Below, piece after piece: positions 48,358-57,221 of a stretch of DNA of 64,000 nucleotides; within the stretch, counting starts at the first letter, position 1, and the number at the start of each line of letters is the position of its first letter. The stretch is taken from the NCBI GenBank assembly GCA_030059665.1, contig JANVYR010000002.1, forward strand, positions 416,001-480,000. Reading direction: 5' to 3'. The position numbers and the translations under genes are program-made. The notes under the pieces are model-generated. The model saw nothing but the letters and a program-made list of their open reading frames with translations, ran no database searches and was not told the DNA's origin. The DNA is from Candidatus Calditenuis fumarioli. Lineage in GTDB: Archaea > Thermoproteota > Nitrososphaeria_A > Caldarchaeales > Calditenuaceae.

Positions 48358-49820
48358 TGGACCTCATAGTAGAGGGCAAACGCCGCAGCGGTTAACGACA
48401 GTCCGGATCCGATGAGGAAGAACGTGTCCATCCCCTTAACGAACGATGAGATGTCTATCTCACCTCCAAGCAGGAACTTCTCGTATCCTATACTCAGATC
48501 CATCACCATCGAAGCGAACACCAGGCTGAGGGTCTGCCCGATGTGTCTCATGAAGCCCAGGAGACCGTTGACCTGTGCCCTCACCTCAGGTTGCACGGAC
48601 TCGAGTGCAGTGTTAGTGTTGGGTGCAGCGAACGTGCCTATCCCCATTCCGAGGAGCACCAATGAGACGGCTATGAACAGAATGGACGTATCAGCCGATC
48701 CGAAGGACAGCATCAGAAGCGATGTTCCGCTGACGAACAGCCCAAAGGTCATGACCTGAACGTGTCCGTACCTGTCGGATATCAGTCCGCCCAGAGGGGA
48801 GATCACGAGCACCGTGAGCGGAAGGACTGCGATGGTCATCCCTGTCTCGATGGGGTCCATCCCCTTGACAACGGTCAGGTAGAAGCTCAGAAGCACCCAT
48901 GTGGCGTGATGGGCCGTGTAAAGCAACAGGATCGAGACGCATGCGGATCGCAACCTGGTGTTGACCTTCAACAGCCTCAGGGGGATGACCTGATCGCTCT
49001 CACTCTTCCACTCGCTGAGGAGCGTCAGAGTCGTGAGGGCGGCACCCGCCAGCACGGGCACCCATGCGGGGAAGCTGACGTAGAAAAAGGGACGCGTGTA
49101 GAGACCGAAGAACCTGACCTCCTCCAGTAACAGCTCGATGGTGCCCTTGGTCATCGTCCACATGCTCACGCCGCCTATGAGCGCGAGCAGCCCGAAAAAG
49201 AGGAGGACTGCCCTGAACCAGTTCAAGCGCCCCGATGAACGAACGGGCCTGTTGCTCCTCGGGACCAGTACGACCGTGAGCGTTGCCGATGCCACGCATA
49301 TCGGGATGTTCACAAAGAACACGTCCCGCCAGCCCACCACGCTCGTCAGGGTCAGGATGACGCCCCCTAGAAGAGGACCCATGAGGAGGGCGAAGTAGAG
49401 GACTGCTATGTGGACGCCCATCGCCAGACCCCTGCCTTCCCCGAACAGATCGGAGATCAGCGCCCTGCTGTTGGCCAGCACGAAGGCCGCCCCCACCCCT
49501 TGTACCAACCTCGCGAACAGCAGCTCGTAAATGGTCTGGGAGCTGCCCGAGAGGAACGCTCCCAAGGCGAAGACGAGCAGCCCGAACGCGAAGAACTCCC
49601 GCCTTCCTAACCTGTCCGACAACGCCCCGAAGGTGGGCATGAAGACCGAGATCACCAGCAGGTAGATTATCGGAACCCACGTGGCTACGGTTATGTGGGC
49701 GTGGAGGTCCCTGCTGAGGGCAGGCAGTATAGCTGCCACAAGACCGGTGTCCAGCGGTGGCGGCAGGGTGCCGAGATTAACCGCCGTCGCCGCCAGCCAC
49801 CTTCTGACCTCTCCTCGCAA
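48261..49820 (-). CDS. MFS transporter, 14-TM DHA2 (EmrB/QacA-like)
   Basis: 'GALSDRLGRR' motif A, 'ARLVQGVGAAF', 'WRDVFFVNIPI', 'GGLISDRYG'. Confidence 0.9.
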   Translation of the reverse strand: MRGEVRRWLAATAVNLGTLPPPLDTGLVAAILPALSRDLHAHITVATWVPIIYLLVISVFMPTFGALSDRLGRREFFAFGLLVFALGAFLSGSSQTIYELLFARLVQGVGAAFVLANSRALISDLFGEGRGLAMGVHIAVLYFALLMGPLLGGVILTLTSVVGWRDVFFVNIPICVASATLTVVLVPRSNRPVRSSGRLNWFRAVLLFFGLLALIGGVSMWTMTKGTIELLLEEVRFFGLYTRPFFYVSFPAWVPVLAGAALTTLTLLSEWKSESDQVIPLRLLKVNTRLRSACVSILLLYTAHHATWVLLSFYLTVVKGMDPIETGMTIAVLPLTVLVISPLGGLISDRYGHVQVMTFGLFVSGTSLLMLSFGSADTSILFIAVSLVLLGMGIGTFAAPNTNTALESVQPEVRAQVNGLLGFMRHIGQTLSLVFASMVMDLSIGYEKFLLGGEIDISSFVKGMDTFFLIGSGLSLTAAAFALYYEVHHARSFLYLLLRRKAVQDTRSNATERSSSGVT

Positions 49821-51693
49821 GCCTCCTGCCTCCGAGCCTCAGAAGCGCGATGAACCCCAACACTATAACCCCTGCACCCACCACCAATAGCAGGAGCTCA
49901 GAGGAGCTGAGCCCGAATGGCCCGGGGGTCGCAACAGGCCCCACCAGCTTGAAGGCAGCAACGACGCCGGGCGTGTAGGTGCCCGCGAACTCACCCCCTC
50001 CCGAGGGTACTACCAGCACGGGTTCGCCCGATGCGTCGGTGCCGATGCTCACACCCGATGATCCGAGCCCTCCCAGCGAGATCCTCCTCAGGAGCCTTCC
50101 CGTCTCCTCGTCGAGCATGTACAGGATGCCTGCCCTGTCAACCGCGTAGACGACGCCCCCGCTCACGACCACAGAAGCCGCCTGATACCTGTTCGGCATC
50201 TCGAACTTCCACTTTATCGTCCTGGTCCTGAGGTCGACGGCGTACAGCGTGGAGTTTTGGGGTATCGTCGGATCGGGGAGGCTGATGTAACCGTCTATTA
50301 TCTGCCCCTTGTAGAAGACCTTTCCCTTGACTATTCTGTGGCAGGCCCTCTGGGAGGCGACGAAGAGGACACCGTCGTGATAGGCGGGCGGTTCCTCGAC
50401 CCCGCCTTGAGCTCCGGGGCAGTACGTCTTGCCAGCCAGGACCTCAGTGGAGAGGCCCATGTCGGCTCCGTTCCCCATGTTCACGTTGTGGACGTTCATC
50501 TCGCGCCATCCCACCTTAATCGGCTCGTACACGGGCTCGCCTGTCCGCGCGTCCAGGACGTAGATGTAGTCCGCCTTAGACGCGGCTATGACGACCTTCC
50601 TCTTGGCCCCGCCAACCTCAAGCTCAGCGAGGATGACGCTCCACCCGGGCTCCAGGGGGACGAGGGCGTGCGGCATGACCTGATAGTACCATTTCAGGTC
50701 ACCGGTCTTCGCATCTATTGCAACGATGGACATGGTATACAGGTTTGGACCTGGACGAAGCGAGGCGTCGTAGTAGGGAGATGGCTGTCCAACAGAAGCG
50801 TATAGCGTCCCCTCCTCCTGGTCGATGGCTATCAGGCCCCATAACGCCCCACCGCCTATGAGGTCTGTCGTTCCCCAATCACCGGGGAAAGGTCTGATGT
50901 TGCCCCTAGTCTTTCCCTCGAAGAGTCTCCCGTCCCTCTCGACCACGTACTTCGCAGACCAGTCAGGGTCCCCTCCTACCGGTGGAACGGTGTACCAACG
51001 CCATACCAGCTTCATGTCCCGGAGATCGTATGCTGCGAGGAAGCCCCTCCCGCCGAAGCCCGCTGTGGAAGCCCTCACTATCAGAAGGTTATCGTAGACG
51101 ATTGGTGCCTGCTCTCCCCAGTAGTAACCGGTGTTCCCTGGGATGTCGCACACAACCTCCCCTGGAACGCGCCTCAGCAACCTCCCTGTCAGCGCATCTA
51201 GCACGTGGATCGAGCAGTCCGATGCCATCATCAGTATCGTGTTGTTGTGGTACCAGATGCTCTTCTGGTTCGCGACGTACGCCCAGTAGGGCTTACCCGT
51301 GAACTCGCTCATGTTTACCTGATATGACCAGATGGGTGTTCCGGTGTCGGCCCTCAGCGCGATCACTCTATTGTATGGTGTGGCGAAGTAGACGATGCCG
51401 TTCACTATCAGCGGCGTGGTCTCGATGCCCTGGAGAGGTGCCAACGAAGGTATCCTGAAGGGGTTCTCAGGCACCTGATATAGCCAGACCAGCGCGAGCC
51501 TCCCTACGTTCTCCCGGTTTATGAGGTTCTGGGGACTGTAATTGGTGTTGCGGAGGTCGTACGCCGGATACTGCCAATTATAGGTCTGCTGAGCTGAACC
51601 GGTCGTTAGAGGAGCCCACGTCGCTAAGAGGATCAGTGTTAGGAACGCCGTTCCGATGAGGAGCCTGAGAGCGCCGGAAACGGAGGGGCGCAT
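49777..51693 (-). CDS. PQQ-dehydrogenase-like beta-propeller protein #6 with degenerate HD.WDxD motif
   Basis: 'GGGALWG', 'LRPGPNLYTMSIVAIDAKTGDLKWYYQVMPHALVPLEP'; signal peptide and C-terminal TM. Confidence 0.83.
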   Translation of the reverse strand: MRPSVSGALRLLIGTAFLTLILLATWAPLTTGSAQQTYNWQYPAYDLRNTNYSPQNLINRENVGRLALVWLYQVPENPFRIPSLAPLQGIETTPLIVNGIVYFATPYNRVIALRADTGTPIWSYQVNMSEFTGKPYWAYVANQKSIWYHNNTILMMASDCSIHVLDALTGRLLRRVPGEVVCDIPGNTGYYWGEQAPIVYDNLLIVRASTAGFGGRGFLAAYDLRDMKLVWRWYTVPPVGGDPDWSAKYVVERDGRLFEGKTRGNIRPFPGDWGTTDLIGGGALWGLIAIDQEEGTLYASVGQPSPYYDASLRPGPNLYTMSIVAIDAKTGDLKWYYQVMPHALVPLEPGWSVILAELEVGGAKRKVVIAASKADYIYVLDARTGEPVYEPIKVGWREMNVHNVNMGNGADMGLSTEVLAGKTYCPGAQGGVEEPPAYHDGVLFVASQRACHRIVKGKVFYKGQIIDGYISLPDPTIPQNSTLYAVDLRTRTIKWKFEMPNRYQAASVVVSGGVVYAVDRAGILYMLDEETGRLLRRISLGGLGSSGVSIGTDASGEPVLVVPSGGGEFAGTYTPGVVAAFKLVGPVATPGPFGLSSSELLLLVVGAGVIVLGFIALLRLGGRRLARRGQKVAGGDGG

Positions 51694-51806
51694 CACCTCA
51701 GTCGGATCGGTAAGCGCTCTATTAGCGCTTCGCTCCAACCGTCATGCCGTCCAAATTTGGACTACAGGGGAATGCTTATCAAGACCTCTCATGGTAGTGA
51801 TGCAGG

Positions 51807-52277
51807 ATGAGGGCCACCACATCCCTCCTCATGGTATCGATCGTTTCGGCAGCGGTCGTCATGCTCTACGCGTTGCAACCGTTTTTGGGGACGGGAACCA
51901 AGGCTGGAGAAGTCACGGCCGCAGATGCCTCGTCGTTGTATGAGAGGTTGTCCGGGAAGTCGCCCAACGAGGTCTTCGAGGCGATTGACAAGTTATCTGA
52001 TGCGGAGTTCAACGCGTTGCTCAACTCCATTAAACCGAGGTTTGCCACCGCACCACCTTTCAGGTGTACGCCAGATATGAGCGCTAGGCTGTGCGCACTC
52101 CTGCAGAGGAGCAGCGCCAACGGGCAGAGAGAGCCATGGGAGTTCTGCTTCAACGAGCCCTTCGACGCCGGATGCCCAGCCGCCACCTACTGCGACATTT
52201 ACACCGGAAGGTGCCAGAGCTCTCAAGGACCCTGCTTCCTGGACCAGGCGAGACAGGCCTTCGAGCGCGGCGGGTAA
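51807..52277 (+). CDS. exported/anchored small protein with 7-Cys C-terminal domain
   Basis: Hydrophobic N-terminus; seven Cys in the last 70 aa; first gene of a three-gene unit divergent from propeller #6. Confidence 0.6.
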   Translation: MRATTSLLMVSIVSAAVVMLYALQPFLGTGTKAGEVTAADASSLYERLSGKSPNEVFEAIDKLSDAEFNALLNSIKPRFATAPPFRCTPDMSARLCALLQRSSANGQREPWEFCFNEPFDAGCPAATYCDIYTGRCQSSQGPCFLDQARQAFERGG

Positions 52278-52282
52278 CTGCC

Positions 52283-52900
52283 TTGGAGCGGTACAGGCTA
52301 GCAGCGCTCGGAGCGTTGGCTATATTGATCGTTGTGTCGGCCCTGCTCTCTGCGGACTTCAGTCCCTACAAACTTAGACCGGTAAAGACGTTTTACGTCG
52401 TTGCGTATAAGTGGGGATACGTCTTCTACGATTCGCAGTTCAACGAGATACCTTACATGGCCGTGAACAGGGGCGATGAGGTGGAGATTTACCTCATACC
52501 GGCGTCCCAGATAATCAGAGACCCGATACTCTCTGTCAGGATGAACGCCTACGTCGAGTACGAGAACAGGACTCGGTGGAGTGGCATCGGCCCACTTCCT
52601 CCGAACGACCCCAGGATAACTGAGGAGATAGTAGCGAGCCACGACCTGCCCGATCACTCGATGTTCATAGAAGGGTACAACGTAGTCGTCATCACATGCG
52701 ATGAGTGCGCGAAATCCAGGGAGGGCGAGACACATAAGGTCAGGTACAGCATAAGGCAGGTTCTGGAGGAGGCAAGGGCATCGGTCGGATACGTGAGGTT
52801 CGTGGCTGATAAACAGGGGAGCTTCGACGTTTACTGCACGATTTACTGTGGTTTCGGGCATCAGTACCAGAGGGTGAGGGGGGCTTTCGTGGTTAAATGA
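52283..52900 (+). CDS. CuA-type cupredoxin (cytochrome oxidase subunit II C-domain-like)
   Basis: N-terminal TM; 'DHSM'; 'YCTIYCGFGHQYQ' matches C-x3-C-x3-H with Gln where Met is usual. Confidence 0.8.
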   Translation: MERYRLAALGALAILIVVSALLSADFSPYKLRPVKTFYVVAYKWGYVFYDSQFNEIPYMAVNRGDEVEIYLIPASQIIRDPILSVRMNAYVEYENRTRWSGIGPLPPNDPRITEEIVASHDLPDHSMFIEGYNVVVITCDECAKSREGETHKVRYSIRQVLEEARASVGYVRFVADKQGSFDVYCTIYCGFGHQYQRVRGAFVVK

Positions 52901-53730
52901 GGAGCGGGTCAGTAACTGCACGTTGGAAGTTCAGCTCCGCATTGCTGTGGGCGATCTCGACTTTCGTCGGGTCATTCGCGATATCCCTCTTCGTCGACGA
53001 CCTTGCAATGAGCCTGAGGATCTGGCTTGACAACAGGATTGGCTCTCCGGGCCTCAGCATCCTAGCGTACAACTCGGTTCACTACCTGCTCTTTCAGCTG
53101 GCGGTGATACTGCTGCTCATTGGGGTCACTGGCGGTACTAGGAAGACCGCTGGCAGAGCATTGATCTTGCTCTTCGCGATAACCGCTGGGAAGCTAGCTG
53201 GGAGGTCGTTCTCGGAGCTTTCCCCCACGCTTTCGCAAGCGGCGTTCTCCATAGTCGTATCGACGGCGCTGAGCGCTTCAACTATAGTTCTGTCGGAAGA
53301 CCTTCTTGGTGACGGTGAGGGCCGGAAGTCGGACCCGCCGTACTTCCTCTGGACCGCAACCTTCGTGGCTGTGACCTTCTGGTTCGCTGCTTTTCCCTTG
53401 GTAGACAGGTTCGGTAACCCTGACATCTCCAACGCCACAAGGATAGGCATGGTTTTGACGCTAGCAGCTCTCGGCTACCTGGGAACGAGGGGGGTTAAGA
53501 TCAGATGGACGCTACTGCCCCTGGGGACTATGACCGCTTATTTGACCGTGGCGCTCCTCGTGTCGAGCCTCCTCGCTGACGTCTTAACAGGTACGAGAAC
53601 GCTGGCGTCGCTGCCCCCAGTGGAGCTGATCCTATACGCGGCCTCCAGGGCCCCTTTGGCCTTCTACCTCTCGATGATCGGTGTAGCTGGGAACTTCGTC
53701 AGGCGACTACTCGCGTCACGACCTGATTAG
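52897..53730 (+). CDS. polytopic membrane protein of unknown function
   Basis: About 8 hydrophobic helices; ATGA overlap with the CuA gene. Confidence 0.65.
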   Translation: MRSGSVTARWKFSSALLWAISTFVGSFAISLFVDDLAMSLRIWLDNRIGSPGLSILAYNSVHYLLFQLAVILLLIGVTGGTRKTAGRALILLFAITAGKLAGRSFSELSPTLSQAAFSIVVSTALSASTIVLSEDLLGDGEGRKSDPPYFLWTATFVAVTFWFAAFPLVDRFGNPDISNATRIGMVLTLAALGYLGTRGVKIRWTLLPLGTMTAYLTVALLVSSLLADVLTGTRTLASLPPVELILYAASRAPLAFYLSMIGVAGNFVRRLLASRPD

Positions 53731-54843
53731 CAATGGGATGACCTCGTTAACGAGCATCTCTGCAGTCCTCAGCGACTCTGAGTAGGACAGGTCCCCGAAG
53801 CGAGTCAGCAATACGAAGGAGTTGGCGCCGGACTCGGCCAACGACCTCCTCATTTGGGCCGCCACACGATCTGGCGCCCCGATGAAGGCGATTCCCCGAT
53901 TAACTGCGTACTCAGCTGCATTGTTGCCATCTATTACGTTGGTCTTCAGCTCATTCAACAAAAAGTCATCGATCGGGGTGGAACCGGTGAAGGCCCTAGT
54001 CCACCTTACGGACCATTCGCTGAAGAGATACTCCAGGTGGCGTTTGATTGCCACCTCACCCCTTTGCCTAGCCCTGTGGTCGTCTTTGTCCACGAGAACG
54101 AGCTTCGAGAGGGACAGATAGGGGCCTTTCCTGTTGACCGAAGTGGATGCTCTCGATTCGAACGTTCTTCTGTAGTGCTCGAAATGCTCTCTGGTGGTCC
54201 CCCTCAACCAGCTCAACCACCCCCTCACTATGTTGTAGCCGTTTTCAGCAGCCCATTCTACAGCCTCCCTCCTCCTTACGGGGAACCAGAGAGGAGGATG
54301 CGGTCTCTGATAAGGCATTACGGGCGGCAACACGTCCTCGAACTCGTAATATCTCCCCTTGAAGGAGAACCTGGCCCCTCCTGATTTGAAATATTCTATC
54401 AGGAACCTTGTGGCCTCGATGCTCATCTCGCGGGCAACCTCCGGGTCCAGTTTCATGCAGGCTAGGGCCCTGCTCCCGACGTCCACCCCGCTCCCCACCC
54501 CCAACTCGAGTCTGCCCTTGCAGAGGTGATCTAACATTGATACTTCCTCCGCCAACAACAGCGGGCTCCTCATGGGTAGGACGTAGACGAGGGCACCGAG
54601 TCTAACGCGGCTGGTCCTCTGCGAAGCAGCAGCAATTATTGCGGGCTGAGACGGAGAAGGCCTGCTGGGGTTAACGTGCTTCTCGGTGAAGAAGACCCTC
54701 TTCAGTCCTATCTCTTCAAGGGCTTTGACGTGCTCAAGTTCCATATCATAAAGCTCGTGTAGCTGTTGTTTTGATCCGGCAATTGATATCCTAATTAGTA
54801 CCGAGAAGGCTTCAAGATCTAGGTCCTCAATAGTGGGGATCAC
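53716..54843 (-). CDS. LLM-class flavin-dependent oxidoreductase
   Basis: 'FTEKH', 'RTSRVRLG', 'LLAEEVSMLDHLCKGRLELGVGSG', 'PHPPLW'. Confidence 0.9.
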   Translation of the reverse strand: MIPTIEDLDLEAFSVLIRISIAGSKQQLHELYDMELEHVKALEEIGLKRVFFTEKHVNPSRPSPSQPAIIAAASQRTSRVRLGALVYVLPMRSPLLLAEEVSMLDHLCKGRLELGVGSGVDVGSRALACMKLDPEVAREMSIEATRFLIEYFKSGGARFSFKGRYYEFEDVLPPVMPYQRPHPPLWFPVRRREAVEWAAENGYNIVRGWLSWLRGTTREHFEHYRRTFESRASTSVNRKGPYLSLSKLVLVDKDDHRARQRGEVAIKRHLEYLFSEWSVRWTRAFTGSTPIDDFLLNELKTNVIDGNNAAEYAVNRGIAFIGAPDRVAAQMRRSLAESGANSFVLLTRFGDLSYSESLRTAEMLVNEVIPLLIRS

Positions 54844-55167
54844 TCAGTCCCCCCTAAAGGGCGATATGTGGGACTATCATTTATAATTTTCATCAAGTGG
54901 TTTAATTCGCACATCTTTCGCGCTCATATGTCGTCAGTCCTCGGAATTCCCCTTGCGATCAGACCGAAAAACCCCGTTGTTACCTAGGATTTGTTGCACG
55001 GTTAATCAGCAGTCTTGTTACGTCTCGCCTATCAAGCCTCAGAACATATAATCATTGAGCTCCAATATCTACATGCCTATTAAAGCAGCGATAAGTTAAT
55101 GGAGGAAACCAATAGCTCACCCCTTGTTTCAAATCACACGAGACTAACGGGTCCTCAGGACATGCAT

Positions 55168-55896
55168 TTATATGTTTTTTATCAAGTAAGTATAATGTCT
55201 TCTTAAACTATGGTCTGGATACTTCTTCACGACGACTTTACGGTTTAGTAGATTGCTAAACAAACTTTCTATAAAAGCCAAAAGAACATCGTCCACTCTG
55301 ACATCGAAATCGGTGAATCCCATGAACCTATTCACACGCAACAAGTAGTTATGTTTAATTCGGGTTAATGATATATCGGCATCAAAAATTTCCTTAAAAA
55401 TAGCTAATGCTGACACGCATCTTTCATTCGTCTTATGTTTTGTATGGGTTAGAACAAATTTTGCCAACCTGTTGCCTAACTCCCTCAAGAAAACAGAACT
55501 ATGATACGAGTAGAATGGATCAAGCAGACGGAACGCATGGAACAAAGCATTTACTACGATATTTCTGATGACAACATTCGCATTCATTTCTATGAAATTC
55601 ATATCATTGTGATGACTTAATTGCGTTGTGTTGAAAACATCCAGTATCTTTTTCATAAGCTCCTCCCTTTTTGAGAGATCAGGCGCAGAGAGAAAACTGT
55701 ACTCGATCAACCTTTCAATTCGCGCGAGATACTTGACTGCTTTACCAGTTCTGATCCTTATAGCTAGCCCATCATTCGTTAAGGACTTCAGGTGATAATG
55801 AACTAGTTGTCTGTCCACACCTAATTTTCTGGCAATTTCGCTGGCAGCCATGGGTTCCCTTACAATTGAGAATAGCACCGCGAGGCTCTGCCTCAC
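55168..55896 (-). CDS. ArsR-like HTH regulator with C-terminal V4R-like domain (AT-rich)
   Basis: 'ASEIARKLGVDRQLVHYHLKSLTNDGL' HTH; C-terminal 'FLRELGNRLA...LLAFIESLFS' is V4R-like; start uncertain. Confidence 0.7.
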   Translation of the reverse strand: MRQSLAVLFSIVREPMAASEIARKLGVDRQLVHYHLKSLTNDGLAIRIRTGKAVKYLARIERLIEYSFLSAPDLSKREELMKKILDVFNTTQLSHHNDMNFIEMNANVVIRNIVVNALFHAFRLLDPFYSYHSSVFLRELGNRLAKFVLTHTKHKTNERCVSALAIFKEIFDADISLTRIKHNYLLRVNRFMGFTDFDVRVDDVLLAFIESLFSNLLNRKVVVKKYPDHSLRRHYTYLIKNI

Positions 55897-55951
55897 GTCA
55901 AAATAATTTTTACAAATATATATATATAAAGATTCGATGATGTGACTCGGG

Positions 55952-57190
55952 GTGAGGGTTATGAGCCCTAGGTTCAGTCTGGTCCTGTCTTCAGTTGCCC
56001 TGATTGCCGCGATAATCGTCGCAGGGTATGTGGTCGTGCTCTCAGAAGGTTTAAGGAACGACGTACGAAGATCGGTAAACGACCTCACCAGCGACCTGAA
56101 GTCGGTGTCTGATAGGCTGCAAACCCTCGAACAGCTGATCAACCTGTACGCGCGGGCCGCTGGGATAGAGTCCCCAGCTCAGGCCGAACAGCTCATTAAA
56201 GAGAGACAGGAGCTTCAGGCCAAAATAGAGGGAGCCAGGAGGGAAAGCGGTACCCTGCGCATTTACGGCAGCGTTGATTTCAGGGACGTCAAGTCATTGA
56301 TCGACGCTTTCCAGGCAAGATATCCATTTATAAAAGTGACTTACGAAGAGATGAGACCGCCAGAGGTTTACACAAGGGTTACCAGCGAACTCGCCGCCAA
56401 CAAGCCCACCGCCGACATTGTGATAATCAGTCATACGACTGGTGTAAGGCTAGCAGCAGAGGGAAGGTACATGCCCTATGTTTCGCCGGAGTCTAAGTCT
56501 TACCCCGACTCTTTAAAGGATAAAGACGGTCTTTGGACGGCTTTCGTACTGCTACCCATATCACTCGTGTACAATACAAAGCTGGTCAAACAAGAAGAGC
56601 TTCCCAGGACTTTGGAAGAATTAGTGAACCCTAAATGGAAGGGAAAAGTCGTAATGCATGACATCACTCTAGGAACGGTGGGAACCCAGTGGCTGGTTTC
56701 TCTGAAGAGTTATGTAGGTGAGAGTAGGTGGAATGAGTTCGTAAATGGGCTTCTGAATTTGAAACCAGTCCTTGACATCGCGGTTTCTGCTGTTGCGGAA
56801 AAGGTTGCGGCAGGCGAATACCCCATTGGTATCATAACCAACCTACACGACGTGGTTCGATTAAGACTTCAGGGGGCTCCGGTGGACTACTTCCTTCCGG
56901 AAGGCGTCCCGTTGCTTACGTCCTTCTCTCACATCGCCATCATTAAGACGACGCAGAACCCCAATTCAGCCAAGCTCTTCGTCGACTTCGCCCTCTCACA
57001 GGAAGGTCAGGTCATAATAGGTAACGTGCCCGTGAGGTTCCCGGCAAGACCAGGAACTCCGGCCGACTTCGCATTGGAGAAGGTCCTGAAACCGGGCATC
57101 AAGATCGAACCTTATCCCACGCAGGAGGCAGTTGAGAAGGCTAGACAATGGGCTGACGAGTTCAAGAAAATGGGCTTCGGTTCTAAGTAG
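55952..57190 (+). CDS. Fe3+/thiamine-type ABC substrate-binding protein with TM and coiled-coil stalk
   Basis: 'GTLRIYGS', 'LVYNTKLV', 'LVNPKWKGK', 'NPNSAKLFVDFALSQEGQ'. Confidence 0.85.
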   Translation: MRVMSPRFSLVLSSVALIAAIIVAGYVVVLSEGLRNDVRRSVNDLTSDLKSVSDRLQTLEQLINLYARAAGIESPAQAEQLIKERQELQAKIEGARRESGTLRIYGSVDFRDVKSLIDAFQARYPFIKVTYEEMRPPEVYTRVTSELAANKPTADIVIISHTTGVRLAAEGRYMPYVSPESKSYPDSLKDKDGLWTAFVLLPISLVYNTKLVKQEELPRTLEELVNPKWKGKVVMHDITLGTVGTQWLVSLKSYVGESRWNEFVNGLLNLKPVLDIAVSAVAEKVAAGEYPIGIITNLHDVVRLRLQGAPVDYFLPEGVPLLTSFSHIAIIKTTQNPNSAKLFVDFALSQEGQVIIGNVPVRFPARPGTPADFALEKVLKPGIKIEPYPTQEAVEKARQWADEFKKMGFGSK

Positions 57191-57221
57191 GTTACTTACA
57201 ATCAATTAGAGGTCCAAATTT

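Noticed and set aside
22335-51693. Calling the propellers BamB-like or S-layer structural proteins, or naming them xoxF/mxaF
   Set aside because: They retain dehydrogenase-type segments beyond generic PQQ repeats, yet lack the vicinal disulfide and other features needed for a specific methanol dehydrogenase assignment.
52283-52900. Calling this coxB or nosZ
   Set aside because: Single TM, no subunit I or NosZ propeller adjacent, and an altered Met ligand.
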